From contig OZ037771.1 of NCBI GenBank assembly GCA_964035545.1, forward strand, positions 6,791,190-6,855,189: a stretch of DNA of 64,000 nucleotides, in the 5' to 3' direction. The notes under the pieces are model-generated. The model was not told where the DNA came from and did no database searches. It saw only the letters and a list, made by a program, of their open reading frames with translations. The DNA comes from Bugula neritina (lineage: Eukaryota; Animalia; Bryozoa). Position 1 is the first letter of the stretch. Every line of letters starts with the position of its first letter. A program made the translations under genes and the position numbers. Positions 36,802 to 50,115 of the stretch are shown piece after piece.

Positions 36802-39800
36802 TTAGCCATCATCGTCTTCTAATAGCCTCTTCTCTGTATAGCCTCGGAGTCTGCCGTCTACACCATATTTGGCAACTATAAGCTGAGATGCTACTAATAG
36901 TAAAAACATGGCAAGGAAACCTATCAAAAGGATGTACATCAACGTCATGGGCCCAGTGAGTTTAAAAAGAGAAGTCACTAAAGTTGGTTCAACCAGGACT
37001 CCAGCACACTCCCCCATTGTCAGGACCACTAACACATAGGTGTCATCTGTAATATATTAGCAATGTTATTAGATAGTTAGTATAATGTAGCTACAATGAC
37101 CTTATGTGCTAAACAAATATTAGAGACAAAAAGGCTGACGATCAATAAATTTTGATTTGGTAAGCCATTTGAAATTGTAATTCAGCCATTTAAAGCATGA
37201 CTTCTTGCTAATATAATCTCAGTGAGAAGAAACTGCTTATTTCAGTTATGCAGAAGTAAAGGAAGTAAATTATTTTGCTTTTATCTTAAAATACAAACTT
37301 TAGATACTATTTGCGTTTTCGTCTTGCTTTTAGTAAAATTGACATACACTCTACCTTAGGATATAACAGCAAACAACAACAGACAAGTAACAGTTGCACA
37401 GTGAGTTTATATTAGTAATAAATAAACAGCATTTTATTTTCTTGAGCTACAGTGATGGTCTCACCCGGTAAATGGTTAGCAGCCCAGGAGAATACTGCAC
37501 CAGTTGTAGTAGAATAGGCAAGGCCCAGAACTGCTGTGAATATCCAAAGGACTGCTGCAGACTGAGCACTGAATATTATTAGAAAAATGGCTCCTATGAT
37601 GCCAATAACAATGTCTATCAGTAAGATCTGGAAGGAGGATAAATGCTTTGCTATCCAAATTCCTAAAATATAAAACATAGCAACAGATTCCAATGATATG
37701 CATTTTCTTTTTACACAACGCAGTGTATTGTAATGTGTAAGGCAGGATTTATCTTAAAGCCAGTATTTATTCAAACTAATCATGTTTATGTTTATGTTTG
37801 TCTATTTAAAAAGAACTCTGTGTGGTCTACTTCTAGCCTCAATCACTAGTCTTTTTATAATTTTCTCCCTTTTAAAGCATAGCAATCTGTACATGTGCGG
37901 AACATATTTAGTTATCTGGTATGTTTTTCTGCTTGTATGTCTGGTTTATGACATGTCTATTTTTTTACACAAGTTTATATGACCATATTAGATAAATTTC
38001 TATGGAACAGCCGTGGTCTATATGAGGGGTTAGAGACTTTGCCTAGTAAGTACTAAGTCATGGGCTCCAGCCCAGACAAAGGTCATTGGTAATGTTAGGA
38101 AGAGCATCCAGTCATAATTGCTCCTATGCTTCATCTGAATAAGTCTTTAGCCTGATTAAAAAAATCTCTTCGTCAGTGGGTTTCTTACAGAGATGGCGAC
38201 TATAAACTTGCATGAGATATAAGGTAAATTTTTGCAAACCTACCTGCCAGACGACCAAAGCAAAGAAATGTCCAGAAGAGTGATGATATGTAAACACCTT
38301 CTGTTTCTGTTACATGGAGAGGACCCAGCACAGAGAAAGTGGTTATCAGATTACTATACGTCTGCTGAGTTCCAAACTGTAGCAGTGAGAGCATAAACAT
38401 GAAGATGAGTGTTAACGAGAGGGGTGCTGAACAGTCCCTAAATGAGATTGAATCAGACTGAGAACTGCCAGATTTAGTATTTCTTATGGGAAGACCACTT
38501 CTACGGTGCTGAATACAGAACAATGTTGCTGGTATGCAGGAGATAACTCCCATTATTATGTAATAGAAGTAGACATGTGTCTTTGTAAAATCTTCCTCCA
38601 AGTCTGAAGGTATTGTAGGCTGTTCACCAAAGCTAGTGTTGTGTAACTGTCCAGAAGTTGTATTAGATAAGAGTATGGGAGGCACTTCAGTCAAAATTCT
38701 ATAGATAAAAAATTAGGAGAGTTTTATGAAGGTGTTATGGTTGATTAGCTCTAAAGTCTAAAGTAACACGTTTCGTGTATTCTAAAGAATTTCAAATTAT
38801 GCCTATCCTAAGAAAATAAAAATTTTCTGCTTCAAATGCATTACTTTATAAATTTACTTTGCATGTGGCAATAGTTGATTTCTAATTTTTGCCAAATTTT
38901 TCTATACTAAAAACTATTAGGTTTACTTTACTTTTTGAAAATATTCCTAAATTAGTATTGCTGATACTATACTCTCAAAACAATAATTTTTATCTGTATG
39001 TACTAGTTATGTGTATAAAGTAGTTTTTTAAATGAATATATTTCACAAACAATGTCAATACTTCAATTAAAAGTTACTCGCTAATTAAAAGATTTGATAT
39101 TGTACAAAAATACATTTCTTAAAATAGGGAGCCTTTCAATAATAATTAAATAGTAAATATTTACAGCTTTTATACAATAGGATTTAATTGACTTAATTTA
39201 TTCATTATTTTCTCTAGCTTTTAAGTCATCTAAATATATTTTTTATTGTAAGTTTCATTGTACATAAACTACTGTAATATAGCAGCACTGCATGCTATTA
39301 TATACACGATTTTAGAAAAATGTTACAAAAACTTAGATAAGCTAAAAAGCTAAAGTTTTTGTGTGAACTGAAATTAATGGATTACCCTACTCAATTTCAT
39401 AACATAAATTTATTGTGCTCCTAAAGAACAGTCATCATTATTTTCTATAAACTGCATTAAAATTCATAATTCTTCTTAATTATTGCTGAAGCAACAATTA
39501 TTGGATACATAAACATAAAAAGTACACATTGTTTAGGAATTAAAATTAGTAAAAATGATGAAACTGGAAAGCATTAATAGCCTTAAGTTCAGAAGCCTCT
39601 GCTTTAAATTAAAAATATAGCCTTGCTTACGTAGATGTGTTCATTTGAAGTTCATCTGAATGCCATTTTGTCTCTCTTATTCTATGGCTATTGGTTGAAT
39701 CAGCAAGAAAGGGTCGGGCTATGAAAGGTCCACATATGCTGCCTACAGACACTCCTAAACACACAGCCTGTAGGTACATACCATTCCGTTTCCTTCCACC

Positions 39801-42465
39801 AAGCCTGATTGCTATGCATGTAACCCCTATAGTAATTACAACCACACTATTTTTAAGTAAGCAATACAAATTAAATGCTTATGTGTAAATGATGTTATTA
39901 GTTTAAATGCAATGTAGTGTAATAAAGTATCCTTCTTAATTACTAATAGTAGTAATTTTTATCAATCTGATATCTGACCAATGCCTGCTATGCCTTCCAT
40001 AAAGCCTTGTCCAACAAACATCAAACACATAACATATACACTCCTGAATGCAGGCACAAGGGCAGTGAAGACAGCTTTTAGAGTCAAACAGACAAACAGA
40101 GTAAACTGGTCGTTGAATCTACAAAATAAATTATATTTGCTGTTAGCATTAATAAATTGTATGCACAAGAACATTATTAGCATACAAATTATTAGAGAAA
40201 ATTTTATTTATTTATTTAATTTAAATAAATTTTATCATAAATAGCTGTAGCTTACAAATCTAACTTTACTATAATTTATCTTGAATTCTCAGCAGTTTGT
40301 TTAGTTAATAATTTCTGGTTGATTAATTAAAACTAGTAGTTAGGTGTATCAAACAGCATGAAGTTCTGCTGTGTAGCATTAGCTGTCAATTTCAACTACT
40401 ACTCAACATCTTATCAGAAAAACTGATGCTTAACTTATATTAGCCTAAATAAGAACAAGATGTTAAAATAAGATGTTAAAATAGTTTATTATAGTCATAA
40501 CTCATAATAGTATAGTAGTGTAGTAGCATTTTCAAAATGTTTCATTATTAATCAAAACATTATACTTATTGGTATAAAATCGTTCCAAGCAGTAAAATAA
40601 TGTATGAAAGATAAATTATATGAGAACATGTTAGATATATACACGTATATAAAATGAAGTGTTCACAATTCTATATAGGCTAAAAAGTATATTAAAATTA
40701 TATTCAAATCTTGTCTAAATATAAATAAGATAACCTGTAAAAGGTATGCGGCTTATAGTCTCGGTTCCCAGTTTATAATCACATGGGGTGTAGCTGGAGA
40801 CCACTCATCTAACATTATATAAATAAACAACAGTTTCATCAATCAGAGTTACTATACATGGTATTTATTTGTATATATAGAGTTGCTATAATACAGTTGA
40901 TTATAATATCTGGTTTGAACAAAGAAAAAAGCATGTGTAAATCCTCTTCAATTTGTGTCCACTTAAACTTGTATTTTGTTTTCGAAACGTGAAGGCTGTA
41001 GAAAGAATGGTTGATAGAGAAAACTATGGGTGAATCCAAGTTTTTAGCCTTAAAATAGACTGTACATTGCCAACTCCAGGATAAGTAATGAATATTTAAC
41101 TGAGAACGCATGAGGTGACAGGTTGCCTGAGGATGTACATGTTGTCTGACTTCTAGTGTAAGATATAAACCCAATATTAGAGAATTTTATGCCTCAAACT
41201 CTAATACTTTAAGCTAACCAATAAAGGATTTCTTTGAGATATGTGTCATCTATTTCCAGCATTTCAATATGGACAACTGAGCTAAATCATAACAGTGAAC
41301 AAATGTAGGTGGTGCATTACAGTGAAAACTTAAGCTAAAGTTTTACAGTGAACAGGGAGTTGGTTGATTATAGCAGTACTTGCAAGCAACTTCAACCTGT
41401 CGCTATAAACTGATATCTTAAAGTAAAGGCAGCAACAATAATTACTCAAATAATTGTTTTAAATAGATTTTTGCCATATCCATAAAATATTTTCCGCTAT
41501 ACCTGAAAATGACAAAGCGGAGATAGGCGAGAATAGAATATCTACAAAATATTTTGCATAAACTTGAAGGTTGACCTCACAAATGCGGAGTAATCAAAGC
41601 ATGACTGAAAACTGCTCCACAATGCCAATTCCCTTCAACATAATATTTTATTTAAAAAAAGTTCACAAGTTAATGTTGAGCAATTTTATAATACTAGCAC
41701 ACACTTACCTGCTGAAAACAACTTTTGCAACGAAACATGAAATCAGGAAACCAACAGACTGCGATGCAAACAGCCAAGCCCCTTGTTCTAGAGAGATGGA
41801 TGCTACCTGCATCAAGTCTATTAGAGTTGGACCCACAGAGTTGAACACCAGACCCTGGAACACAGAACTGTAATGAGGGAACAATTTATTCTGTTATTAT
41901 TTTGGGTGCAACATTCATACCGAACATCAGGTTTTACTAGAATGCTACAATTGTTAAAAATAAATATTAAAAAATAAACAGTGTGTGTCTATAACTCACT
42001 CGACTGAAAAATGCTAAATTACAAGTGATAAGCTGAAAGAACACTTGTCCAGTTAGTGTGTCACTTTCCATGTCACTGTCATCACCCTGACCTTCTGTTG
42101 GTTCACTTTCTATTGTCTCATATCTTTCATTTGACTTCTGGTAACATACAAATATATAGTTATAGAATTAATATTTTATGCATATTATATGAAAGTCTTT
42201 TAAGTGAAAAAAATTATAAACTTTGTTACAAACTTTTCAAGGTGAATATTTCAAGTATCATGTACATGTGCAGTTGCGAAATTGCTTTATTCTGATATTG
42301 CAGTGTTCTTGTTTTGAACACCATAAAAACCACTTAAGTCACCTGCACAAACTGGAATTTACCAACTGCATGTTATAGCTATAAACTGGATATCAGCCAG
42401 TTTCTGCTGGTCATGGTCGATAACATTACACTACTCAGAAATATAATCAGTTGACAAACATATAT

Positions 42466-42497
<32 letters not shown>

Positions 42498-44020
42498 GTT
42501 TTTTGTCAGGGACTACAAGTAAAGAATTTACAATTAGCCATTTTAAAGCTAAACAAGTAATTTGCTTACATAACTCACTAACCAAAATAATTTACAATAT
42601 TAGTACCAGGTTGTATGAGTGTGGCATATAGTATAAGGTAGGCTTCATATCACAGATTAAGTTGGCATATATTGGTTAATTAGACTGAGAAAAAGGTTCA
42701 TAGTGAATGCAAGAATTTTTGACTGCAGTCAAACGAAACATGGAATGCAGTTAAATGAATTGTGGAATCTTACTGGTTTTTACTAGTAAGTTGTTTTCTA
42801 ATATATAGTACTAGCTCATTAGACCGTATATTATATCCATGCACCAATTACTTATGGCTTTCTATACGGGGATAATGTTGACGGATTGCTTGGCCTGCCA
42901 CCTGTTGCCAGATAATATATTATCATAACTAGGTAGGTTACAGCTGTATAGTGGTTCCGTGAATTTAGTAGAATTAGAAAACATGAGCATTTGTAATTGT
43001 GGCAACAAGAGATTATGGGAAATCTGTTGTAAATACAGCTTTATTAAATATTATTTATTTCACGTGTTCAAAATATTCTGCCTTTATTCTATGAAAAAGT
43101 CTTTTAACATATTTTTCTCACAACATAACAAATAATATCTAGCCTACAAAATTTATGGAATTAAAGCATAATATTATTAGGAATACATCATGAGATCTAC
43201 TAGCTAACTGTTAAAGCAAAAGGTTGCCTCTATATAGCCTACTATCACAACTTTAAAATATACCTAAACTCAGCATAACAGCTACACTCTTCCTATAATT
43301 TATATAGCTTGTTAAATATAATTATACCTATACCCTTATACTTAAAATACGAGCCTAATGCTTCTAATGCACGATTTAATACATATCTAAATGCCTATAA
43401 AACATAGCATATTACTGCATAGTACATAGTCTAATACATATAATACAGTACTCTAATATCTATAATAATGCGTATGCTATTTTAAATATACCTATATTTG
43501 CAGACAATAGCTTTGTAGTAAGTAATGATTAAGCATTGTTTTTGTTATATAAATGAATGTGAAAGCAACAAGAAAATTCAAACAACTTATAATAAATTCA
43601 TACTAGAAATACTAGAAACGATACCACCAACATTTATTTAAAAAATGTTGAGTAAAATGTAAAAGGTGTAGCTACAAAAACCAGAGTGAGTAATACATAG
43701 TTAGAGTGCTGGCCTAGTGAACACAAAGTCAGTGGTTGAGGTTTAAACGCTGGGTGGTGACGTTAGCAAAATCGCATTCATAATAGCTCCTGTTAGCCTG
43801 CTTTCAGAAATCCTCTCAATCAGGGGTTCCTTTAGGGCGGCTAATATAACTCACGTGAGTCTATTATATCAGCAAAAACCAGCCCTCCAAATTTATTGAG
43901 TGTAAAATAGCTACTTACAACGATTGGAATCTTTTCTGCACTGTCTTTGATTTGCTTATTTTCTCTGGTGTCTTGTAAATTACTTTCCTTCATCTCTACA
44001 TAGTCAAACTGAGCAGACAT
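36802..44020 (-). CDS. MFSD4: MFSD4/NaGLT1-like MFS transporter, copy 3 (paralog type B, 539 aa)
   Basis: Exons 44020-43919, 42137-42000, 41854-41709, 40118-39979, 39826-39631, 38698-38244, 37662-37465, 37046-36802; 1620 nt open, with the same intron phases as copies 1 and 2. Confidence 0.85.
38006..38216 (+). mobile_element. tRNA-derived SINE (family 1), MFS copy 3 intron 6
   Basis: Identical to 25178-25388. Confidence 0.8.
40735..40808 (-). other. Conserved intron-3 element of MFS copy 3 (homolog of 16366-16432)
   Basis: Same acceptor-side (atttatataatgttag) and donor-side (TTTTACAG|gt) sequence; inclusion gives an immediate in-frame TGA. Confidence 0.45.
43695..43860 (+). mobile_element. 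Degenerate SINE (family 1)
   Basis: gttagagtgctggcctagtgaa..ggtggtgacgttagc..cataatagctcctg..tataactcacgtgagt follows the family layout. Confidence 0.5.
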
Positions 44021-47000
44021 GTTTAGCTTCTTCCCTAAAAACTAATCCTTCACCTGATAAAAATGTTTTACTATATGATGTGCGAGTTATTTATTAGAGA
44101 TAAAATGACATTGCGTGATTGATGGCTACACTATATTATTTTTGCAAACCGGATGTGGCAAGATAATGGCCTTAAGCTATTTTTGACTATTTCCAAGCTA
44201 AAATAAGGTTGCCAAAATTGGGTCAACATGGGCAGAAAACACTCAAGGCCAAATATTATATGCAGTTCTATTTTGCACTATTTCTACTGTTAGATTTATG
44301 TTTCTGTTTGGAGTGCCAGCTGAACGCCCTGCTTTTGAAAGCCACGAATATGGTTAGATCTGAGGTATTGATTGTGAAATCTTCAAGCCTAAACTTTCCA
44401 GCATTGCTGATTAATTTAATCTCATCAAGATTTATTTGGCACTAGGAAAACCTTGCTAACAGTCCACGAGAAATAATTACTTAAAAGAACTTCATTTCAG
44501 TGTAAAGCAAATAAACTAAGTTACGTAAAGCTATATTTTATGAATATAACTTTCAACAAACTTATTTGTTATTTGGTTTATATAGCATAGTTTGAACTGT
44601 AAATACAGATAAATGCAATAAACTACTTAAAATTTTTAATACATAAAATTTCTCCAAATTGTGCTGCTAAAAAGAACTATCAAATTGGTATGTTGTTGGC
44701 TTTGTGCTGTGAGTTATCCAGCTTTTCTGCAACTATAATAGATTTAGTTTAAAGAATTGCAACTGCACGGACATATTAAGTAAAAAGTTGTGTAGACTGA
44801 TTACTAAAAAAAATTTTGTTAGTTGTCTAAACAAACAATTTGTCACTGAAAAAATATAACTTTAGCTCAAAAAAAAAGTTTTTTTCTGGCAACAGATTAA
44901 ATCTTGGGTTTTAAAATTTTATGTTTGCATATGAGAGACGTGTAATTATTATAGAAATATGTTAAAATACACTTAACATATTAGCACTTTAAGCTGTCTG
45001 AACAAAACAAATTTGTTGAAGGTTTGATTTTTTATTGAGTATTATTTTCTTACATGTAATTTAAAGCTATGAATTGAATGTTGAGAACCAATTTTGTTAC
45101 AAGTCACAAGTACTTCATGCGCTAATCTTTTAACTTACCAAGTTAAGATTTGATCAATTGTAGGATTTGAGTAGAATAGAATTGAAGATAGAATACGATA
45201 AAATAATAACTTTTTACTATACACCTCTAATCTAAAACACAGGCTTTTCCCAACTTGTCCGTTACTGCACCTACCTTAATATACGTTGAGTCTCACGGGT
45301 GTGTGAGCTTGTAATTTATAGCCATTTAATTTATTCCGTGCAGCTAAAGTACATTGTGCAATTATTTCTTACAAACTTCCAAACTTATAACAAGACAAAA
45401 AATTAATTGATTTGAAGAATGATTCATAAATCTGAGATACAGTACGCGGTGCGCATAGGAAAATGTGTTTTCAGCACGTGGCAAACGAGTGCAGGCTTGC
45501 AATCTCTTGTTATTTAGACATTCTTTCAAAAGGAAGATAATTATATAAATTGAATAAATCTCATCTTGTAAAATCTGGCTTTGGTCTGGTGAACTGTGGT
45601 AAATAAATGATTTTTTATTGGTAGATGAACAGTTCTTATCTAACAATGGAAACTCATCACCAATTTTTCTTACCTGGATATATTAGTCAGCTTCAACTAT
45701 TTCTACCTTCACAAACCCATCACAAACCCATCACAAATGGGTAGATATTCTAAGTTGTAGATTTTTCTTTGAAAACTGAAATAAACCAAGTCTTTCAGAC
45801 AGTAATTTTTTTTATATAATACAGATGCATGTATTAGCTGAGCAACCTATGTTAAAGCTATGCTAATAATTTTTTCAACAAATGCTGTTATGGTACGGTG
45901 AAGTAGCAGCATGAATCTACTGTAGTACTTAGCCATACTAATCATTAGTCTAATGATTACACTTTGTATCGGCAACAATTTTTTTCAAAACTTACGTTTT
46001 AAGCGCAACTTTTTGGCTCAACTATCCCCAGCCACCTTTACCCAGTTATACCTTTCATTTAACTGCTATATTATATTCTTGAATGGTTTTCTGATAATAT
46101 TTTTATTTTTATGATTTAATAAACCATATTGGACTTGAAGACTAGATTCATCAACTACAATGTGTTACGTTTGCTCAACATTTTGGTCACTTAATTTAGT
46201 TGCAAAATACTTTTATACATGAACCTATAACTAAAGCAAATATAGCAGCGTATGGTGATAAGCTGGGGCACCTCAACTTATAGATGTATAATTAGTAGTA
46301 AAGTAATCATTTTCAAAGCCTAAAACAAAATGTTTGAATTGATAGTTCTACCGTTCTAAGTTTTGTGTGGTTATTTAATACTCTTTTTATATTTAGTTTA
46401 AACTTTTACAGATATATAATTTCCTAATATAGCGGAGCTCTCCCCAATTACACACAGAGTAATAAACTATGCATAATATATTACACACCTGAAAAGCCAA
46501 TACATCATATGCTATATATGGGCTCCTCCCACCTAATAGTTTTTAGTCACAATCTTTGAGAGATGCTTTCATAGGTGTACAACATTTTCAGAAAATACTT
46601 TTAATATCAAACTCAAAATACTCAAGTAATTGTATATATTTAAAATTTCATGATGCCCTCTTGAAAATTGGCTACCCCAGTATATCCACCCTTTTCAAGC
46701 AAGAAGCCCCTTATAGATCTAAAAAAGTTACTTGCAGATTTGAAATTGGCAGAATGTTGGCTTTGCAGTGATATATAGCAACAGAGGTTAGAATAATTGT
46801 GCTCCACTCGCCCATTTTTGCATGTTGACACCCCCACTATATATATCATATTTTAGAAATTCATAGCTCATGGTACGCAACAGTAGCTTGCTAGTATAAC
46901 AGAGGGTTTATCAACTTTAAACATACTAACATAGTCTGTATATAGCTACAGCTGTAGAACTATATTATAGAAAAGTAGATTTAAGACAAAATTTTATTTA

Positions 47001-47753
47001 ATAAGTTTGGTGCATCTTTTTAATATTCTACTTTTATATGTTTTTAATCAGTATACCATTATTTTACAAGCATAGAAAATGTCATAGATTTTCACATTCA
47101 AAGAGCTAAATTATTCCTTAAATACTGTAATGGTGTGCTGAATCGAAAAAATTTTATAATAAATAATGCTAATTTCAGATTTAATTCAATGTATTTTTAC
47201 AACTTGGTTTCGCAAAATTTATTGTTAATGATTTATCTCCAATATCAAAAAAGTAGCTTCTGCTTTTAAAAGATGTCAACTTTAAATTGAAACAAATGTA
47301 ACCTTCTATATATACATAAACACATCCTTATTATAATAATTTTATTTTCTGTGTTTGTTTTTGTGAGGGTTTAAATTAATAACATGTTGATGAGTATTGT
47401 ATTCAGTTTTATAACAAACAATTTTATACTCTTATCTCAAAATTTGAACATACATACGTATCTTGTATAGAAATATTCATCACCTCGTATTTTCACCCAA
47501 CAATTGTTGTATCTTATACATGAAAACTCAAGTGACTACATAAGCTGAAAGAAACTTTTGTAAGATTATAGGCTATTTTTTTAATTGCAGACAAGTGTAA
47601 TTACTAGAATATATAAAATACAATGAATGAGACAGAATAATGGATGCGATACAACAAATTTATTTGTATAATATGTTTTCATATAAATACAAATATCATA
47701 GTTCATATAATCATCATTTAAGTCATCATCATATTATCATCTTCTGTAATTTA

Positions 47754-48494
47754 TTAGATGGTAGTTGTGATCTCCTTCATCTTATCATTACATGCATCTT
47801 CATCACAATGACATCTAAGGTGTTCAATTCCATCATCAAAAAATGGATTCACTATTTTCTCACAATCATCTCCCTCTAAATTGGCTGGGGCAAAACTGCA
47901 TCCTCTGTGGTAGGTTGTGGTGTCTCCATTTACTTCTAAAAGGTTGTAAAAATGGTGATTTTTTTCTAGTTAAACTTAGAGTAATTTAAAAAAATACAAT
48001 TTTAAAAAAGTGGACATATTAATTATGCAGGTTTGCTGTAAAACACTTTTAACATGACGGCAAAAACATACTTTGTTGTGAATAGATTTACCAATATTTC
48101 TATTAAAGTTTATTTATTGTTAACGAAAAAGTTAGTGGAAAAAATTACTAGAGCTATTACCTTCAGTGATGTAGCAGGCAGTCAAGTAGCTAGCACAATC
48201 AGACAAATCATCTTCATTAGCTTCAGCTGCACAGTCAGTACATTGGTAGCACTTGATGGCGTTTGTGCTTGCAACAGTTGCTGCGAAAATTAGTAAACAA
48301 AATAATTGTCTGCAACAAAAAATCTTTGCTAATTATTGCTATATATATAAAACAAGGCGTTTTCAATAAGTTGCAATGCTTTTAACCTCGTCTAGTTACC
48401 AAATTCAAATTATACATAATATCAATTAGAATAATATAAACAATATAACAGCAAACTTACCAACAAAGAGAGCGAGTAGAAGTAGCTTGTTCAT
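47754..48494 (-). CDS. Secreted Ly6/uPAR (three-finger, LU-domain) protein, 111 aa precursor
   Basis: Exons 48494-48461, 48280-48161, 47935-47754 with two phase-1 introns. Translation: MNKLLLLALFVATVASTNA-IKCYQCTDCAAEANEDDLSDCASYLTACYITEEVNGDTTTYHRGCSFAPANLEGDDCEKIVNPFFDDGIEHLRCHCDEDACNDKMKEITTTI*. It has a signal peptide, 10 Cys and the IKCYQC / RGC / CxCxxxxCN signature. Confidence 0.9.
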
Positions 48495-48527
48495 CTTGTC
48501 TGGTATTCTGTAGAATGTCTTCTCAGT

Positions 48528-48562
48528 GAATGATGATACTCCGTCTCTCACCAACTTATATA
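48528..48562 (-). promoter_or_regulatory. TATA box plus initiator of the three-finger protein gene
   Basis: Minus strand TATATAA begins at 48562, exactly 31 nt upstream of the A (48531) of a TCATTC initiator, which is 37 nt upstream of the ATG. Confidence 0.7.
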
Positions 48563-48924
48563 CTGATTCCCTCTGCACTCAGTTCCTTTAGAAGTCATGT
48601 TCTTATATAACCAGCTTAATCTATAAACACGCACACAAAGTGTATATATAATTACATGTACCAGCAGCTGGAATCGGTTCTGACATGGCTTAGCAGCATT
48701 TATTCACTAATCTGAGAGATAAAAGCTCTTGAAATAATATGATACATCCTATATCTTAGCCAATCTTAAGTTTGGTGGTGCCTTTGATATCACAATTAAT
48801 GATTGAGTGAACTACCATCTTGTAAGTGTGTATAAAAGAATCATTCTTAGCAACTCTGTTATATTAGACTCAGCTATAATTTTATGCATTTAAGCAGTTT
48901 TATAGACAAATTTATATTAAAGGA

Positions 48925-49055
48925 GCAGGCAGTATAGGGGTTAGGGTGCTGCTGCAGCATGGTTTAGTAAAATAAAGTTTAGTGGTTTGATTTCCAGCAG
49001 AGGCCAATTATTATGTTAGGAGGGATATCCATTCTTAATTGCTCCTTTAAGCCAC
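48925..49055 (+). mobile_element. Degenerate 5' part of SINE (family 1)
   Basis: gtataggggttagggtg..ggtttgatttcc..ggccaattattatgttaggagggatatccattcttaattgctcc. Confidence 0.5.
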
Positions 49056-49888
49056 AATAGTAAAGAGAGCCTGTAGCCAGCTTGAACAACTAGTTTCCAT
49101 AAAAGGTTCTCACAGAAAAGGTTAAACATAAGCCAGTTGATACGTTGTTATTGTTACCCCTTATTTGCAGGCCATGACATAAAATGTCAGCCATTTTTAA
49201 TGTATCCAGGCTAAAATTTTCAAAGTCTGCTATTATGTAGGATCTATGACACTTCATTGGACAATTATATCCAATGAGTTGACGCAAAAGACTACCTACC
49301 AGTATTCCACTTTACTCTCTGATTATATGGTGTGATGATATACTGTATTGATGTTTTCTTTTAATATTTTGCAAGGCAAAGATAATTCAGTTTTGTACCA
49401 GTAGCTATATGTCTGCAAGCTGATGAAGCCAACTTCTATTAGCTTTCAATATAAACTATTTATATGAATTTTTATTTTTCAAAGGACGTTTTTTGGCAAA
49501 GCTCCACAAAATAAGCCAAACACTTTTTGAAATATATTTCCTTCAACTATGAAGGTCATACTGTACCATCTCATACATCTGCTTTGATAAATTGCAGCAA
49601 ACACTCTATATATTTAATGAAAGCTATAAATTATTACTAAAAATTATTTTTAGTAATAGTGTTTTAGGTGCTCTTTGCATACTAATAACTCAAACAAAGC
49701 CTTTACTTACATTTATGTTTATAGTAATAGTAATGTGTCATGAGATACTTTTCCAACATTTTCATTTTAGGGTAGAATTCATTTAGTAATTAAAATGTAA
49801 TTGTTTTACTCACTATAAAATATATTACAAAACTAGGTATATGGTTGTCAACAAAATATCTCTGATATGTTATCAATAGTCTATAATT

Positions 49889-49891
<3 letters not shown>

Positions 49892-49929
<38 letters not shown>

Positions 49930-50035
49930 ATATAAAATGTTTTTATTAAAATAGCATGTATAGCATGTATACCATGCACATAATATATTATTATGATATA
50001 TAATAGATATGCCCTCGGCGTATTGGATTAATATG

Positions 50036-50108
<73 letters not shown>
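49892..50108. repeat. Two (TA)n microsatellites
   Basis: 49892-49925 and 50042-50108. Confidence 0.9.

Positions 50109-50115
<7 letters not shown>

Larger units (their letters stand above)
13787..38244. repeat. Tandem segmental duplication, unit ~11.6-12.8 kb (13787-25415 versus 25416-38244)
   Basis: Introns and intergenic DNA are colinear and largely identical (e.g. 14251-20585 with 25880-33212; 20586-25415 with 33213-38243). Similarity ends within MFS exon 6 at both sides. Confidence 0.92.

Noticed and set aside
14480-41873. Plus-strand ORFs repeated in the MFS array (MVESARKG..., MKPCPTN..., MTSQMRSN...)
   Set aside because: Antisense shadows of MFS exons 3-5; their recurrence reflects the duplication, not separate genes.
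45362-46849. Short ORFs between MFS copy 3 and the three-finger gene
   Set aside because: No recognisable domain and no consistent exon chain; they could include untranslated exons but this cannot be supported.
49420-49450. CTGATGA as a hammerhead ribozyme core
   Set aside because: No GAAA after a closing stem II and no stem I/III partners.
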